This document shows positions 1 to 15,419 of a stretch of DNA of 64,000 nt, in pieces. Within the stretch, counting starts at the first letter, position 1; every line of letters begins with the position of its first letter. Source of the DNA: the human T2T-CHM13v2.0 reference genome, Homo sapiens; assembly GCF_009914755.1 (NCBI RefSeq), contig NC_060942.1; one strand, written 5' to 3'. The notes beneath the pieces are model-generated. The model saw nothing but the letters and a program-made list of their open reading frames with translations, made no database searches and was not told the origin of the DNA. A program made the position numbers and the translations under genes.

Positions 1-629
1 TGTCTAATGTCATGCCAACAGATTTTTCTCTTCAAATTAAATAAAAAGAAGATACTAGGCATTATCTCACTGAAAAATACAAACATGAAATGATTCGTAT
101 TATGCAAATATAAGTATTAATCTGACAACTGCAGGAAAGGAACTTTAGTAATTGTTTTATTTAAATGACTAATATGGGAAACTCAGATTATAATCTATAA
201 AATATGGAGTTATTTTTATTTCAGTATCCAATAGAAAACTTATGTACTTAAACTTAAGTTATGAGATAATGAATTCTAAATGTTGTAAGTTTAGAGTTTT
301 AGTAGACTGTATTATTTTCCTTTTTTATTATTTCCTCCTTGATTTGAAAATTCAGGAAATTATCCCCCTTTTTATAATTTCTAAATGATTTGGTTTTTAT
401 TCTTTGATAGAATTGTTACATTGGATTTTAAATGTCATTTATATCATTTGTTCTACTCGTTTAATTTCATATTTCTTTCTCTAAAGAAAAGCTTTTCCAA
501 TTCATTCTCTTTAGATAGAGATAGATAGATAGATCAATAAATAAAGACAGATAAAATGTAGATATGCATGCCTACATGACCTCCAGTACTTTCAGACAAT
601 AACATTAACCTTTTTGGACTGCTAATTTT

Positions 630-810
630 GTCTCAGGCACTGGCACAAAAGTACATTACACGTATTACCTCATTAAATCATTGCAACAACTCTTAGAAGC
701 TCTTTTTTAAAATACATTTTTCAATCTGCCAAATGGAAGGCTAGTAACTTGCCTGTAGTCCCACTGCTATTAAGTGGCAGTTTTAATGCAGGTCTCTTTG
801 ACTATGCTAT
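630..810 (-). mobile_element. MIR (degenerate)
   Basis: cctcattaaatcattgcaacaac ... gtaacttgcctgtagtcccactgctattaagtggcag resembles the antisense MIR core. Confidence 0.55.
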
Positions 811-1039
811 ATGTGTCTCATAGATATGGGTTCTATTCTATAAAATAACAATTTTCTGTAATTTAACAAAAATACTATAGTTCATCTTATACAGGAATTT
901 AGAGTTATGCAATTGCAAATGCATGAAAGTGATAATTGAATATTTTAGAAGCTGACAACTTCGCAATTATCTATGCATTTGCTACATGGGTGTCTTCTGT
1001 ATATACATGTATGTGTTTTAGATATATAATTGTTTCCCA

Positions 1040-2290
1040 TCTAAGAATTCCTTCTCAAGCCCAATGTAATACACTTATTATTCTATATTTGCTTCTAAAT
1101 TTTTTTTAATTTTCTTATTCATATATACAATATTTATGCATGGGAACTGATTCTTTGTATGGTGTGAGTTTGGAGTAAAACTTGTTCTTTGTTTTTTTCC
1201 ATATGAATAGCCAGTATTCTCAGTGGTCCCTCACTCCATTTAAAATCCCAGCTCTGTCATGTATAAGCACTCCACAAAGGAGTATGCCAGCAGATGAGCT
1301 CCCTAATAGTTTCCACTCGTTCCTTTATCTATCGTTGCATCAAAACAACATATTCTTAATTCCAATACTTTTATTATAAGTCTTCATACCATAGGCAAAA
1401 CTTCCTCATTCTTCTTTAGCATCTGCTATGATCATCTTGGATAAATTATATAAGACATAAAATTATTCACAAGGAATATTCCACTTTGATTTTATAAAGA
1501 CTTTTGAACGTTAGGCTCACTTCTGCTTTCTGGCTGTGATATTGTCTGGTTAACTCAGTCTCACTCATGTCTTCTCTTCCCTTAAGCAAGTTTCCTTCAT
1601 TTAGGCTTTTCTCCTCAGGCTATATCAATGTGCTTCCCTGTGTCTCAGTGCACCTTCATTCTTTAGCACCTGTTAAGATTTTAGCTTTGTAAAGTTGCAC
1701 AAGAGATCTTATAAGGGTTTTGGTTAAAATTGCATTTATAGATTGGTATGAGGGGAACGAATGTGAATCACCGTACGTTGTGCATGTATCTCTTCATTTC
1801 CTTAGATCTTTCAAAAAATTTATATTTTCTTCATAATAGTCTTAATAGTTTTTCTTATATTTATTTCCAAGCTTTATATTATCACTTTCATTGTCATTGT
1901 AAAACTTATAATTTTCTCTTACATTTTCTGTATCTTTGTTGCTGGTAGACAGGAAAGCAATTGCTTTCTGCATATTCATGTTACGGTTGACTAACTTCCT
2001 GAAATCTCTGTAATTCTAATAATTTTCAAGGGATTCACTTTTTATGTAGACAATATAATTTCCATAAACAATTATGGTTTGGGGTGTTTTAAAAAACCTT
2101 TTCAACCCCTAGATTTTTAAAAAAAATTTTCTAGGTTAATGAACTTGCTATGAATTTTTACTACTCAGTTGAATATATATATGTGATTCATATATATATG
2201 TGATTCATGTATATATATGATAATGGACATTATCATCATGTTTCTGATTTTTAAGAGTATTACTTCTAATATTTTATTATTAAGTGTCTT
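1040..2290 (-). mobile_element. Old L1M (L1ME-like) ORF2 fragment, interrupted by a duplicated segment
   Basis: T-rich antisense L1 motifs (tttgtatggtgtgag, ttttttccatatgaatagccag, gtttgttgctggtagacaggaaagcaattg). Confidence 0.6.
1451..1653 (+). repeat. Local direct duplication, copy A (203 bp)
   Basis: taagacataaaattattcacaaggaatattccactttg...tgtctcagtgcac aligns by eye end-to-end with 3766-3968. Confidence 0.92.
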
Positions 2291-3577
2291 TACTTAGGCT
2301 ATAAAAATATAATACCTTAAGTTTTCAGGTTTCCAAACAGAAAAGAAAATGATTTATAGGAGTCCCAAATTTCATTATGAAACTGTGGATTTCAGAAAAT
2401 AAAAAAATATCTACAGAGTTCTGAGTCACAGGAGATGTTATGCAAAAAATATCATACTTGGCCAAATTATCAGCCAAATACCAACGTAACAAGTATAACT
2501 TCCTAAAAATGAATGGTCTTTGTAATTATAACAGCTAAAAAGAACTCTTGAAAACCAATTATGAAATCCAGAATTCTGCCAAAAAAGTAAATAGAGAGAC
2601 ATAGGGAGAAGACTAGTGCCAGATTCAATGTCCACATAATTAGCACACTGTCTACAAGGTCCCGTATAATCAGGCATTTACCAAGAACTTTAATCCAGCC
2701 AAATAGTCCCTGAGTATAAAGAAAGCATATGGTCTTGTTCTTCAAGGATATAAGAAAGGACTCAAAGGATCACATCTACAAGCCCTTCTTGAAACACTTA
2801 AGGTGGCAGTAAAATCAGGTTCCACTGATACACGTATAATTACCTCAGAAATGCAGAATCTGTGGTAAAAATGACTTGGTACATATTAAATCCAGTAATA
2901 TTCAGATAATTTACTCTAGTATGAGTAGAATGCAAGGTAAATACTGTAGAATTTGCTCTGTAAAAATATGACTGATAAAACATAAACTGCTAAACATATA
3001 TTGTTAAAACTGCAAAGTAAAAGGGAATGCTTTGTACTTATCAAGTATAGTTTTTATTAAGTATATCTTATCTTTATGAAATTAATTCTGAATATCCATT
3101 TAGCCATGTATATAAACAAATAATATATAATTTTGGTTATTTTAATAATCATAGTTATTTCTGGTTGACAAAATGTTTGTGAATATCTTTCTATCTTTTC
3201 TAAACTTCTGTATGTTTGAATTTTTATTCTTGGTCTAAACATCATCACTTTAATAAAAATTGTTACATATTTTCAATTATTAAGTTTAAACAATGAAAGA
3301 TAGAGATACACCCTGTGTAGTCACATGTATTGATATATCCACAATATATCACAAGATTTTTTGTTTTAAAGGGACTTTTAACAGCGATTTAGTTCACCTG
3401 CTTCATTTTACAAGAGAGAATTAGAAAGTCTAAGTTGTTTGGTAAACTGGCCAATATCATGTAGCTGGTTAGTGACTGAAAGAACAAGGGCTCAATTGAA
3501 TATTTTCTTGAATTAAATTAATCAAAATTATCATACAGACACAAGAATGTTCACATTAACATACACGACAGAAGATT

Positions 3578-3579
3578 TA

Positions 3580-3611
<32 letters not shown>

Positions 3612-3737
3612 TTATAAAATAGACACGAGGTCTTGCTATGTTGACCGGGTCGGTCTGAAACTCCTGGCCTCAAGCAGTCCTCCCACCTCAGCCTCCCAAG
3701 GTGCTGGGATTATAAGCGTGAGCCACCTCATCCGGCC
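3578..3737 (-). mobile_element. FLAM/Alu left monomer with (TAT)n tail
   Basis: gtcttgctatgttg...ctcaagcagtcctcccacctcagcctccc...ccggcc, flanked by a TSD-like acagaag(a)ttt. Confidence 0.85.
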
Positions 3738-3765
3738 AATACAGAAGTTTTAAACCCTATTCAAG

Positions 3766-3968
3766 TAAGACATAAAATTATTCACAAGGAATATTCCACT
3801 TTGATTTTATAAAGACTTTTGAACCTTGAGCTCACTTCTGCCTTCTGGCTCTGATATTGCCTGGTTAACTCAGTCTCACTCATGTCTTCTCTTCCCTTTA
3901 AGTAGAGTTCCTTCATTCAGGCTTTTTTCCGCGGGCTATGTCAGGTGCTTCTCTTTGTCTCAGTGCAC
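3766..3968 (+). repeat. Local direct duplication, copy B (203 bp)
   Basis: Same start and end strings as 1451-1653, with scattered substitutions. Confidence 0.92.
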
Positions 3969-3999
3969 ACTGAGAATATCATTATCACGGCCCTTTCTT

Positions 4000-4150
4000 C
4001 AGTGAGTTGGATTTATTTATTTGTATGCTGGTCTGCCCCACCAGACTGCCAGTTCCTTCAAGCTGGAATCCTTTCATTCTCATATTTGCCAGTGCCTAGC
4101 ACAGTGGAAAACATTGTTTCATGTGTACATTTATTTAACTGATTGAATTG
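4000..4150 (+). mobile_element. L2 3' end
   Basis: accagactgccagttccttcaag...ccagtgcctagcacagtg...tttaactgattgaa. Confidence 0.6.
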
Positions 4151-4985
4151 CATTTAGCAATCTATACACTCAACTAATTATTGAGCACTTATTATGAGAA
4201 AGACATATTGAGGAGAGCTGGATTATTCCTTTGTTTCTAGACGAGTTGGTGAATTTTACACAAATATGCAAACTTCTACTTCAGTTCCAATTTTAAGGTT
4301 TTGAATAAGGAATCATTTATGATCTTTGCCTAGCAAACATATTTCAAAGGTATCATCAATAGGTACCTGGCCAAAATTCCAGTAAAATCTCTTTTTCAGA
4401 GGACATTCTTTCTGTTTTTATATGATTTTTATAACACTATGTCTTAAAAGTATATTGACATAACAGTCCAACATGTCTAAGATGTATCAGAAATATGGTT
4501 TCCAGTAAAAATAAGCTCCTTAGAAAGCTTTTAGTATTGCTGTTCTTTTCTAGAAGAATGATTGAAGGATTTTTAAAAAGGACTTGTATCCAAGCAGAGA
4601 TTTAAAATAAAACTGTCATGTTCAATTTGATGCTTTATGATTGTGACATGCAAAAAATATTGTAAAGTTACAGGGCTATCATTATTTTATTGAAATCTAA
4701 GGTAAATAGGCTCTTTTCTCATGTATCTATCTTCTTGTTCAGAACAACTGCATTTTGAGAATAGAAATGTTATGCTGAAATATGAGAACTTACATGAAAG
4801 GTAAATATGAAAAGAGTGAGAAGAAAAATAAGTCTTAGAGCAAGCCCTGTAGTATTTTGAATACTAGGGAGACCGCTTGAGGTCTAAATTTTAGTGTCTT
4901 TTTTTAAAGCATGCTATTCATTGTTAATATTTTTTTCCAATAAGAATAATTTAAAAGTTTGGGTGCCTTAGATGATCCATTTCTC

Positions 4986-5284
4986 CTTTTTTTTTCCCCT
5001 CTGAGACAGGGTCTTGCTCTGTTACCCGGGCTGGAGTGCAGTGATGTGAACACAACTCCCTGCAGCCTTGACCTCCTGGGCTCAAGCGATCCTCTACCTC
5101 AGCCTCCAAAGTAGCTGGGACTACAGGCATCCACCACCATGCCCAGCTAACTTTTGCATTTTTGGTAGAGATAGGAGTCTCACTATATTGCCCATGCTGG
5201 CCTCCAACTCCTAGGCTCAAGCAATCTGAGCATCTAGGCCTCCCAAAGTGCTACTATCACAGCTGTGAGCTACCATCCTTGGCC
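4986..5284 (-). mobile_element. AluJ
   Basis: Full dimeric Alu in antisense, with a perfect TSD TCCATTTCTC at 4976-4985 and 5285-5294. Confidence 0.92.
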
Positions 5285-6075
5285 TCCATTTCTCTTTACT
5301 ACACCAACCTTTCTATTCCCACTGCCTTGCTCACCAGGATATTTCCTCTCTAGTTACTCTGGTCACCTCTCTGATTGTCTTCCTGAGAATCTCATCCCTT
5401 CATTTCCCTTTAAATGTCAACCTTCCTCCTCCTCCCTTCTTCTTGGATCCCTTTTTCCTCTCCAGCCTTCCCTGCAAATACTGCCCTTGATCCTCCTAGG
5501 CTATTGGATGGTTTATCTAAGTCTCAGTTGCTCTCTGTTTCTTCATCTGTAACGTGGAAATAATAGGAGTAGCTTTCACACAGAGCAGATGTGAGAATTG
5601 AGGGACAGAGTGCTTGGATATGCTCTTTCAAACATAAACAGAAGTCGTGTAATGAGTATCAGCTGTTATTATAATAGAAGCAAGGTCAACTAAGAGACAT
5701 CCCTGCCTTAGGCTTTTTCTTATCAAACTACACTACAGCACCAGAGTTAACCATCCTGAAATACAAACATGATCATGAATTCTTCATTGGTTGTCAATAT
5801 AAATTTAAAAAAACAACACCTCACATACCTCTGTCAAGCATTTAATCTGTCGTTCATCAAATTTAGTATTTATTACCAGATAGGCAAATCACTAGCACAT
5901 GATTCGTGAATTGCGAAGTTTGTCTCCTTTCATTTTGGTAGATTCTGCCCCTGAATTCTGTAGTGGAAACTTATTTTTCTTAAATTCATTTTTTTGTAGT
6001 TCTAGAGTTTTTTTGTGAAGATAAAAAAAAGTGACCATACATTTTTAATTATTTTTCTTTCTCATACAAAAACAG

Positions 6076-6146
6076 CTTTTTTTTTTTTTTTCCACATATA
6101 GTGATCCTCCTGCCTTAGCCTCCAAAGTAGCTGGGACTACAGGCAC
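6076..6146 (-). mobile_element. Alu fragment (poly-T plus an internal right-arm piece)
   Basis: gtgatcctcctgccttagcctccaaagtagctgggactacaggcac. Confidence 0.75.
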
Positions 6147-6457
6147 AGGGACTCCAGGATATACGTATATATCCTCCAGGAGATACATATGTATCCTGGA
6201 TAGATTGTCATGTCAGCATATAGAAAGCTTTCTTATTCCAGTAAGTGCATGTACCATTGTTTATTTAATAAATTCATTATTAATGGCTAATTTTATTTTG
6301 CAGGTTTTGCTATATGAACAATTCTATAATACAGAACTTATGCACGTAACATTGTTATGGATGCAGATGTATCTAAGATGTACATTTTAGAATGTGGGAA
6401 TGATGGTTCAAAGTCACATGTATGCAATTTTGATATATATATTTTTCAAATGAAATA

Positions 6458-6818
6458 TGTATTAGTTTGTTCTCTCAGTACTATAAATAAATACCCGGGA
6501 CTGGGAAAGAGGTATAATTGACACAATTCTGCATGGCTGGGGAGACCTCAGGAAATTTACAATCATGGCAGTAGGTGAAGGGGAAGGAGGCAGCATCTTT
6601 CACAAGGCGGCAGGAGGGAGAAAGAATGCATGTGTTGGAGGAACTGTCAAATGCTGTCAAATGCTTATAAAACCATCATGTCTCCTGAGAACAGCATGGG
6701 GGAAACTGCCCCCAGGATCCAATCACCTCCCACCAGGGCCTGCCATCAACATGTGGGGATTATGGGGATTACAGTTCAAGATGAGATTTGGGTGGGAACA
6801 CAGAACCTAACCATATCA
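6458..6818 (-). mobile_element. MaLR LTR (THE1/MST type), solo
   Basis: Termini tgtattagtt...ccatatca; internal ggctggggagacctcaggaaatttacaatcatggc and ccaatcacctcccacc. Confidence 0.88.
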
Positions 6819-6819
6819 A

Positions 6820-7590
6820 TGTTTGTTATACTTCCTGCATTGATTAGAGATGCCACCTTTATCATCATATCCTCTTTCTAGATTTTCTTTGCTTTCCTAT
6901 TCTGATTACTCATCTGCCATTGCCATACTGTTTTAATTATTGAGGCATTATGTTTTAATATATATTTGGTCTCCCCCACCATTGTATTTATTTTTCTGAG
7001 TTTTACTGGCTATTTCTTATTTTACCACAAGTTAAATAATGTGTCTAGTTCCCAGGGACTGATTTACTATTCATTGCAATCAAAATTTAACTAATATGGG
7101 AGAATTTACCATTTGTCCACAATCTTGGTGGATCCTTGTATTAAGTCATAATCTATTTCCTCCATAAATGCCTTCTAATGACCCTTTGGTGGGTTTCAAC
7201 ATTCTCTTAAGTGTATTTCTCGACGTCTTCACATTTATGTGGCCATTGTAAATGAAGTTTTTTCTTCCATCATAGTTTTTCAATGATTACGGTATGTATA
7301 TTCAAAATTATAGACTTTTGATAATTAATTTTATTAACACTTATCTTAGTGAAATTAATTACCTTATGCTTTGTTATAGATTCAAGTTGATTCTATTGGG
7401 CTTTTAAATATATAGGCATTTCACCTAAAGTTATTTTAGCTCTTACTTTGTAATATTTCTCTCTTTCATTTCTTTCTCTTTTGTAATTGCATTGGTTAAC
7501 ATTTCTACTACCACACAAATCATAGTTCTGTTAAAGAATCTTTGTTGTTTTCCTCATTGGCAGAAATTCGCCATTAAGTTTAATGCTAAT
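6820..7590 (-). mobile_element. Old L1M fragment (host of the MaLR LTR; also extends upstream)
   Basis: Antisense L1 motifs such as ccatactgttttaattattg and gccattgtaaatg. Confidence 0.5.
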
Positions 7591-10500
7591 TCTTGCACTA
7601 ATTTGAGTGGGGGAGGAAGAAAAGAGTGTGTATGTTATCCTACTAGCATATATTATAATACATAAAATGCATATCATAACACTTTTCTGAACCTACTTAC
7701 TAGTATGTTTAATTGTTCCTTTGTTTCCCCAAACTGTTTGCTCCTTGAAGGCAACTATGAGTTTTATTTTACCCAAATATAACTATGATGTTCCCCCATT
7801 GTCAACATGTACTTACTGTATAATTAGAATTGTAAGTTAAGCCACTAAAATTGCAGACTACTGTAATTTGCTCTCATGCTCTGGAATAATTCCTAAGTAG
7901 AAATATGTACTTGCTTGTGATGGGGAAATTGATGCCTTATTCATAATGGCTTAATATATAAGCCTTAAAGCAAGGAAGCAGCAGTGGGTGGGATCTGTGC
8001 ATTGATGATGTATGTATATTATCCACAAAGACTGAGTGCATTATTATATATTTTAAAAACCCAACCATTTCCAATCATTTATGAGAGATATTTTATTGGA
8101 GATAGGTATGAAAGTGTTATTAATGTATATAATTGCATGTATCTAGGTTTGAAATAATCGATACTGGTCCTTTATTAATCTTAGGCATGAGTTTATGCCT
8201 TCCATGAATATATACTGAGCCATGAAGGGAATACATTGTGCCAGAAGCTGTTTGACATACAAAGTTTTACCTTCCACAACCATGCACTCTCACAGGAGAA
8301 ATGAAACTTCTATATGCTGATTTACAAAAACAGAAGAGTATGATAATGGTCATGTTTGTGGCAAATAGAGCATAGGAGAATGGAACCTGTAGGCATTACA
8401 ATGAACAGGAAAGCTTGATTTGCCAAACAATTCCTTCCTTGAAAACTCTGTATTGATAGGAAAAAGTAATCAATTTGGCCAGATGTCAGGATACCTGGAA
8501 AGCACAAAGAAAGAGAGCTATCTGTGACAGACTCTGTCTCATAAATAAGTAAATAAATAATTTTAAAAAGAAAGGGAGTTGACAAGTAGTTGTGAGTCCC
8601 TAGAGCTTAGTTTGAGTAAAAAGAAGTGGAAGTTAGTCTGAAAAGGCAGAATGGAGATGGTGTGGATGGCCTTGTGTGTGGGATTTAGGCAGTTAGAATT
8701 TACCTGCTAGACAACTGGATGCTCTCAAAGGTGCCATGAAATTACAAAAGCATTAGTATGATTATTTTTATTGTGGTTTATAGAACAGTTTGGAGAAGAA
8801 GAGAAGGATTAAATAGGAAACCAACTTAGCAAACTTAACAATAATTTAGTATTATGCCAAACTTTAAGCTACTTCGCTTTTCTGCCTGACCGACCCATTT
8901 TGTAAGCAGGAATAATGATATTGCCTGCCTTGATGGATTTGGGTGTGGCTTAAACTATGTTAATGTTTGTAAGTCACTTTACAATGGTGGGAAACAGAAG
9001 AAATTAAGATGTTAGTTATTATTACTGAAAGTCAAGATTGTTGCTGCTACCCTATGAAAGTGATGACCAAAATGTTGACCCAAGAGAAAAAGATAAGTTA
9101 AGCCATAAAATTAAAATAATATTAAAACAAATCTAGAACCCCTCCAAGTCCAGTTACGTAGCGCTACACGAAAAGCTGGTACATTTTACACAGCAGCTAA
9201 CATTAAATTTAGGAGAACAATAAAAATGAAAATATAAAGTAGGAAAGAAACACCATGTACTTTTTGCAGTTTCAGAGATTGATTTTTTTTTCTGAGTAAA
9301 AACGCTTGCTTAAGACGTTTCATTTCAAGGGAGCTTTGCACATTTGAAATCAGTCATTCTTGAAGTTATTTCTTCCATGGGCTTTCGAGCCTCTGAAGCT
9401 TTCATGACTCGTTCATGCAATGAGGTGAAAAGCTTCTGTTCATACACCGAGCGTGGATTAGTTCCTAAGGCTGCAAGGTGCCATGGTCTCAAACATCATT
9501 TAGTTGAGATCTTGACATTTCTTTTACTTTTGATTTTAAAACATACTTATTATTGCAGTCGATTTGTCTTCTTCTAATGAAAGGATAGAAAGATTGTCCA
9601 AAGGGGTATTTTCAAAGGAGTCTGCTTTGGGACAAAAATCTATTGATAACTAAGTACATGAAGTAGAGGGTTCTTCACTGGTTTAATCCCAAGCAGACCC
9701 CGTAATGGCCTTAGATTCCTTAGGTCTTAGAAGGAGGAAAGTAAGTTGTAAACCCTTTTTCTTTCTTTACACTCCTTTCAATTTACTTTTATTTTCGGCT
9801 GTCACTTGGGCTTTCAGACATGAAAAATTGCAACTGTGCTGAAATTTTCAGTGTGCCAGAATAAATGGTGATTCTCCTTCATGACTGGTTTCCAGTTTGA
9901 GAACAAGGACTTTCTTTTAGGGAGTTTGGATACACTTCACTCTCAGGCAGGTGAACAGAGAACAAGTGAGAAGCGATAAGTATGAGGAAAGATAGAGAAG
10001 ACCTTTCCCACACAAAGGTGACTTCACAAAGAAACAAGGATGAAGGAAACAGACAAACATATACAACCTCTCATTTCAACTACATCTCTATTTTCTCCAT
10101 TCTTTTTTTCCCCCAAGTCCAAGTTCTCATTCTTGAAGAAAGCCAACCTGTTTTCCTTGGTGGTGTAAGTTTTCCCAACTTTTAAACCAATACATTAATA
10201 TCTTGCTTAAGGCTCAAGTGTATAATGTATGAGGGAGTATAATTTTGTAATTCTAAATCCAAGCCCTGAAGCTAGACTTTCAGGGCTTGATTTTTGTATC
10301 TCCGTTACTACCTTTTAAAAAAATATTTCTGCACCTTGATTTCTTCATGTGAAACAAAATGATAATAATGTAGCCTAATTATGTTGTTTTGTGGATGAGA
10401 TTAATTTCAAAGACAACAAAGAACAAATGATAAGGGAAAACATTATAAAGCATGTACATTTTTAAAATAAGGGAATTTCAGGTAAGAAATAATGCAAGCA

Positions 10501-10628
10501 AAGAAATGGAAGCAAATATATTGAAGGGGTAATGATGACTAAACCAGTCCAATTTGAGGAAAGGATTTAATAGAGAAAGGGACAAATGTTCCACATGATT
10601 TTGGGGTTAGTTCATGACAGTTCTTGCG

Positions 10629-10903
<275 letters not shown>

Positions 10904-11457
10904 TCAGTGCTGTAGATATCAATGTTATATTATCCATGCGTTAGTGATGCTTTCATACATTTTTCAAGGGAGAAACTGTACACAAGGAATAAAAGGTAAT
11001 GAGGAATGATCAAATTTAGGAAAACGAAGTTAAAAAGAGGAGTGAATGAAGAAAATAATGGGAAAGCAGTCAGTAAAGGAGGAGAACCACATAATGAAAA
11101 CACTCAACAAATGTAAAACAAAAATACTGTGGTCATGAATGTCACAAGTTCCAAAATTAGCAGGAAGTGCCTATCAGAAGCATTGAGAAGTTTTAAAGAG
11201 AATATAGTTGTGCTCAGGCCACAGTTTCAAACCATACAGTTAGAACCTTCAGGAACTGGGTCTTGGCATGATCAAACCCTATGCTAACTGGATCCATAAA
11301 ATAAAAACAAACTGAACTGCTCGTACATAGAAATACGGTTTTTATATATTACTGACTTTCACCTCTATGGCTGATTGATTAAAATAAAACATGAATTTCA
11401 GAAGCATAACTTTATATAGAGGCAAAAATATTTTGATTTAAAAAAAAATTACAACCC

Positions 11458-11737
11458 GCCAGGTGCGATGGCACACGCCTGTAATCCTAGCACTTTAGGA
11501 GGCTGAGGCGGGCGGATCACTAGGTCAGGAGCTCGAGACCATCCTGGCTAACATGGTGAAACCCCATCTCTACAAAAAATTAGCTGGGTGTAGTGGTGCA
11601 CGTCTGTAATCCCAGCTACTCAGGAGGCTGAGGCAGGAGAATCACTTGAACCCGGGGGTGGAGGTTGCAGTGAGCCGAGATTGCGCCACTGCACTCCAGC
11701 CTGGGTGACAGAGCGAGACACCATAAAAAAAAAAAAA
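11458..11737 (+). mobile_element. AluS
   Basis: Dimeric Alu with TSD aaaattacaaccc on both sides. Confidence 0.92.
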
Positions 11738-12610
11738 TTACAACCCATGATATCAGAAAACATGGCTTTTTCCTAGAGTTCTTGAGCAAAAACAAAGGAC
11801 TATTTATTCCGCATCATTTCAGTTTTGAGCTCTCTGAAAGCTGGGAACTTGAAGGGTGTAATTTTAAGTATCCTTCCAGTGTTGTGATTGTTTCCAAAAA
11901 TTTCCTTCTGCTTGGGGTACTGCTGGGCAGGTGTACTCTACAACTAGTTTTCATTCTTATTGTAATGATGACAGTTTCACACTGTTGACCTAAAACTTGC
12001 TGCTGTTTAGGAAACTTCATTTCTGTCTGTAAATTTAAGCCATGTGTGTATTTTCTCCTGGTATTTCATTGATGATCTGGTAACAAAATCAGCAGAGATC
12101 ACTATTTCTCTTCAGTGAAATACCAAAAAAAAAAAAAAAAAGAAAAGAAAAAACACTTGACCTCCTCAAAAATTGCCACTACTTAGAATTTTAGAACCAT
12201 CATTTGCCCATTATGAATTTTACAGTTGTTTTCCTGGATTATTAATATGAAGAGAAAGCTAAATAATAGAACTGGAAAAGACTACTACATTCATTTTGGT
12301 CTTTTCCACTATACGAAATAAGATAAATTGAGATATACATATTGCTCTTTAAGCATTTTTTTCTAGTATTTCAGTATACTGTAAATAGATGGCAGTATTC
12401 ACATTTTGGATTATATAATTGCAAATGATGAAATTTTTAAGCTACAAAGTTGGTAAGTACATTCTCTTATAAAAATGAGCTTATGCTCTAAAAGAAACTA
12501 AACCTAGAATTTTAAAAAGTGTTGGTCCTATGATTTATATTTAAATAGGTGTTTTATACCTGGATAGATGCATATATTCATGTATATTATTTATATAAAT
12601 ATGTAAACTA

Positions 12611-12899
<289 letters not shown>

Positions 12900-13462
12900 G
12901 TGTAAACTAAAATTGAGAAAAATAGATATACATACATATACCTGTATGCATAAATATAAATGGCTAGCACCATATACATACAATGATAGCATGTGTCTGC
13001 GTCCTCTCTTCCTGAACCTCTCACTTTCTACCTCTGCTGTTTTCAGTCATAGATTCCATAACCAGGAATGGCTAACTTTTTAAAACACTTAAATAAAACC
13101 AACCCTTCGAGCAGAGATATGAGTTCTTACAGTTTGTGGGGTACTACCTATAAAATAAATATATTTAGATTTGTAAATATTTAAGAAAATACAATCGTAT
13201 TTCACAGTCCAAGTTATATGCTCTTTGCCTTTTATCACTATGGACTGCTTGGTGCCTCTTAAAACAGAGGCTGCTTTTTTATTGGTACATAATATTTTGC
13301 ATATTCTTGGGGTACCTGTGATATTTTGTTACATGCATGGCATGAGTAATGATCAAGTCAGGGTATTTGGAGTAGCCATCACCTTGAGTATTTATCATTC
13401 CTATTTGTTGGGAACATTTTAAGTCCTCTCTTCTAGCTGTTTTGAACTATATCATATGTTGC

Positions 13463-14203
<741 letters not shown>

Positions 14204-14576
14204 ATTGCTATTAACTACAGTCACCCTACTCTGCTATCTAACGTTAGAACTTATTCCTTCTATCTAACTATATGTTTGTACTCATTACAACCAATGTCTC
14301 TTCATCCACCCTCATCCATACACCCTTCTTAGCCTCTGGTAACCATCATTCTACTCTCTCTCCATGAGATCCACTTTTCTAGCTCCCACATAGAAGTGAG
14401 AATGTGCAATATTTGTCTTTCTGTTCCTGGCTTATTTCACTCAATAGGATAACCTCCAGTTGCATCCTTGTTGCTGTAAATGACATGATTTTATTTTTAT
14501 GGCTAAATAATATTCCATTGTATCTATATATAATATATAATATATATATAATATATATAAAATATATATATATGTA

Positions 14577-14860
<284 letters not shown>

Positions 14861-15419
14861 TCATATATATATTTTTTTAATCCAGTTGTCCATTGACGGA
14901 CACTTAGGTTGATTCTACATCTTGCTATTGTGAACAGGGGGCACCTTTTTATAGTTGACTTGTCTTTTTCAGTTGCTCTTATATTTTTAGGTATTTCTAA
15001 TAAACTCACAGGTGGAGAAAAACATTTTGGGCTTTACATTATCAGAGAGCCACTGCATTTATTTCAGAGAATTCAGCAGGCTGTGAACCATATCCTGACT
15101 TACAATTTTGTACAAAGGACGGCCCATAATGGATGTATGTATTGTAGCAGCATACAGTCTGTTTGGCTAAGCATATAAAAGCTACAGAACTGTAGATATT
15201 TTAATGACAGCTGCAGATCTTACAGCTTAGAGACTTGTAGCTTGAAAAACCGAGTCATTGAATACAAGTCGACCTGAAATACACGGTCACTCAACCAGTC
15301 TGGTATATTCCTGGACCTATATGGCTGCTTTTAAAATTTGATTTTATTTATGACCTTAAGCATTTTGTTTAAGAATTTTTAATTGTAAGAGCTTCAGTTT
15401 ACTTAAGAATTTCTACCTT

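Noticed and set aside
2171-2220. Two copies of atatatatgtgattcat
   Set aside because: Simple slippage duplication in a TA tract.
10470-10490. tttcag|gtaaga recursive-splice-site-like motif (also at 26674-26685)
   Set aside because: Neither site has a polypyrimidine tract upstream, and such motifs are expected by chance in 64 kb.
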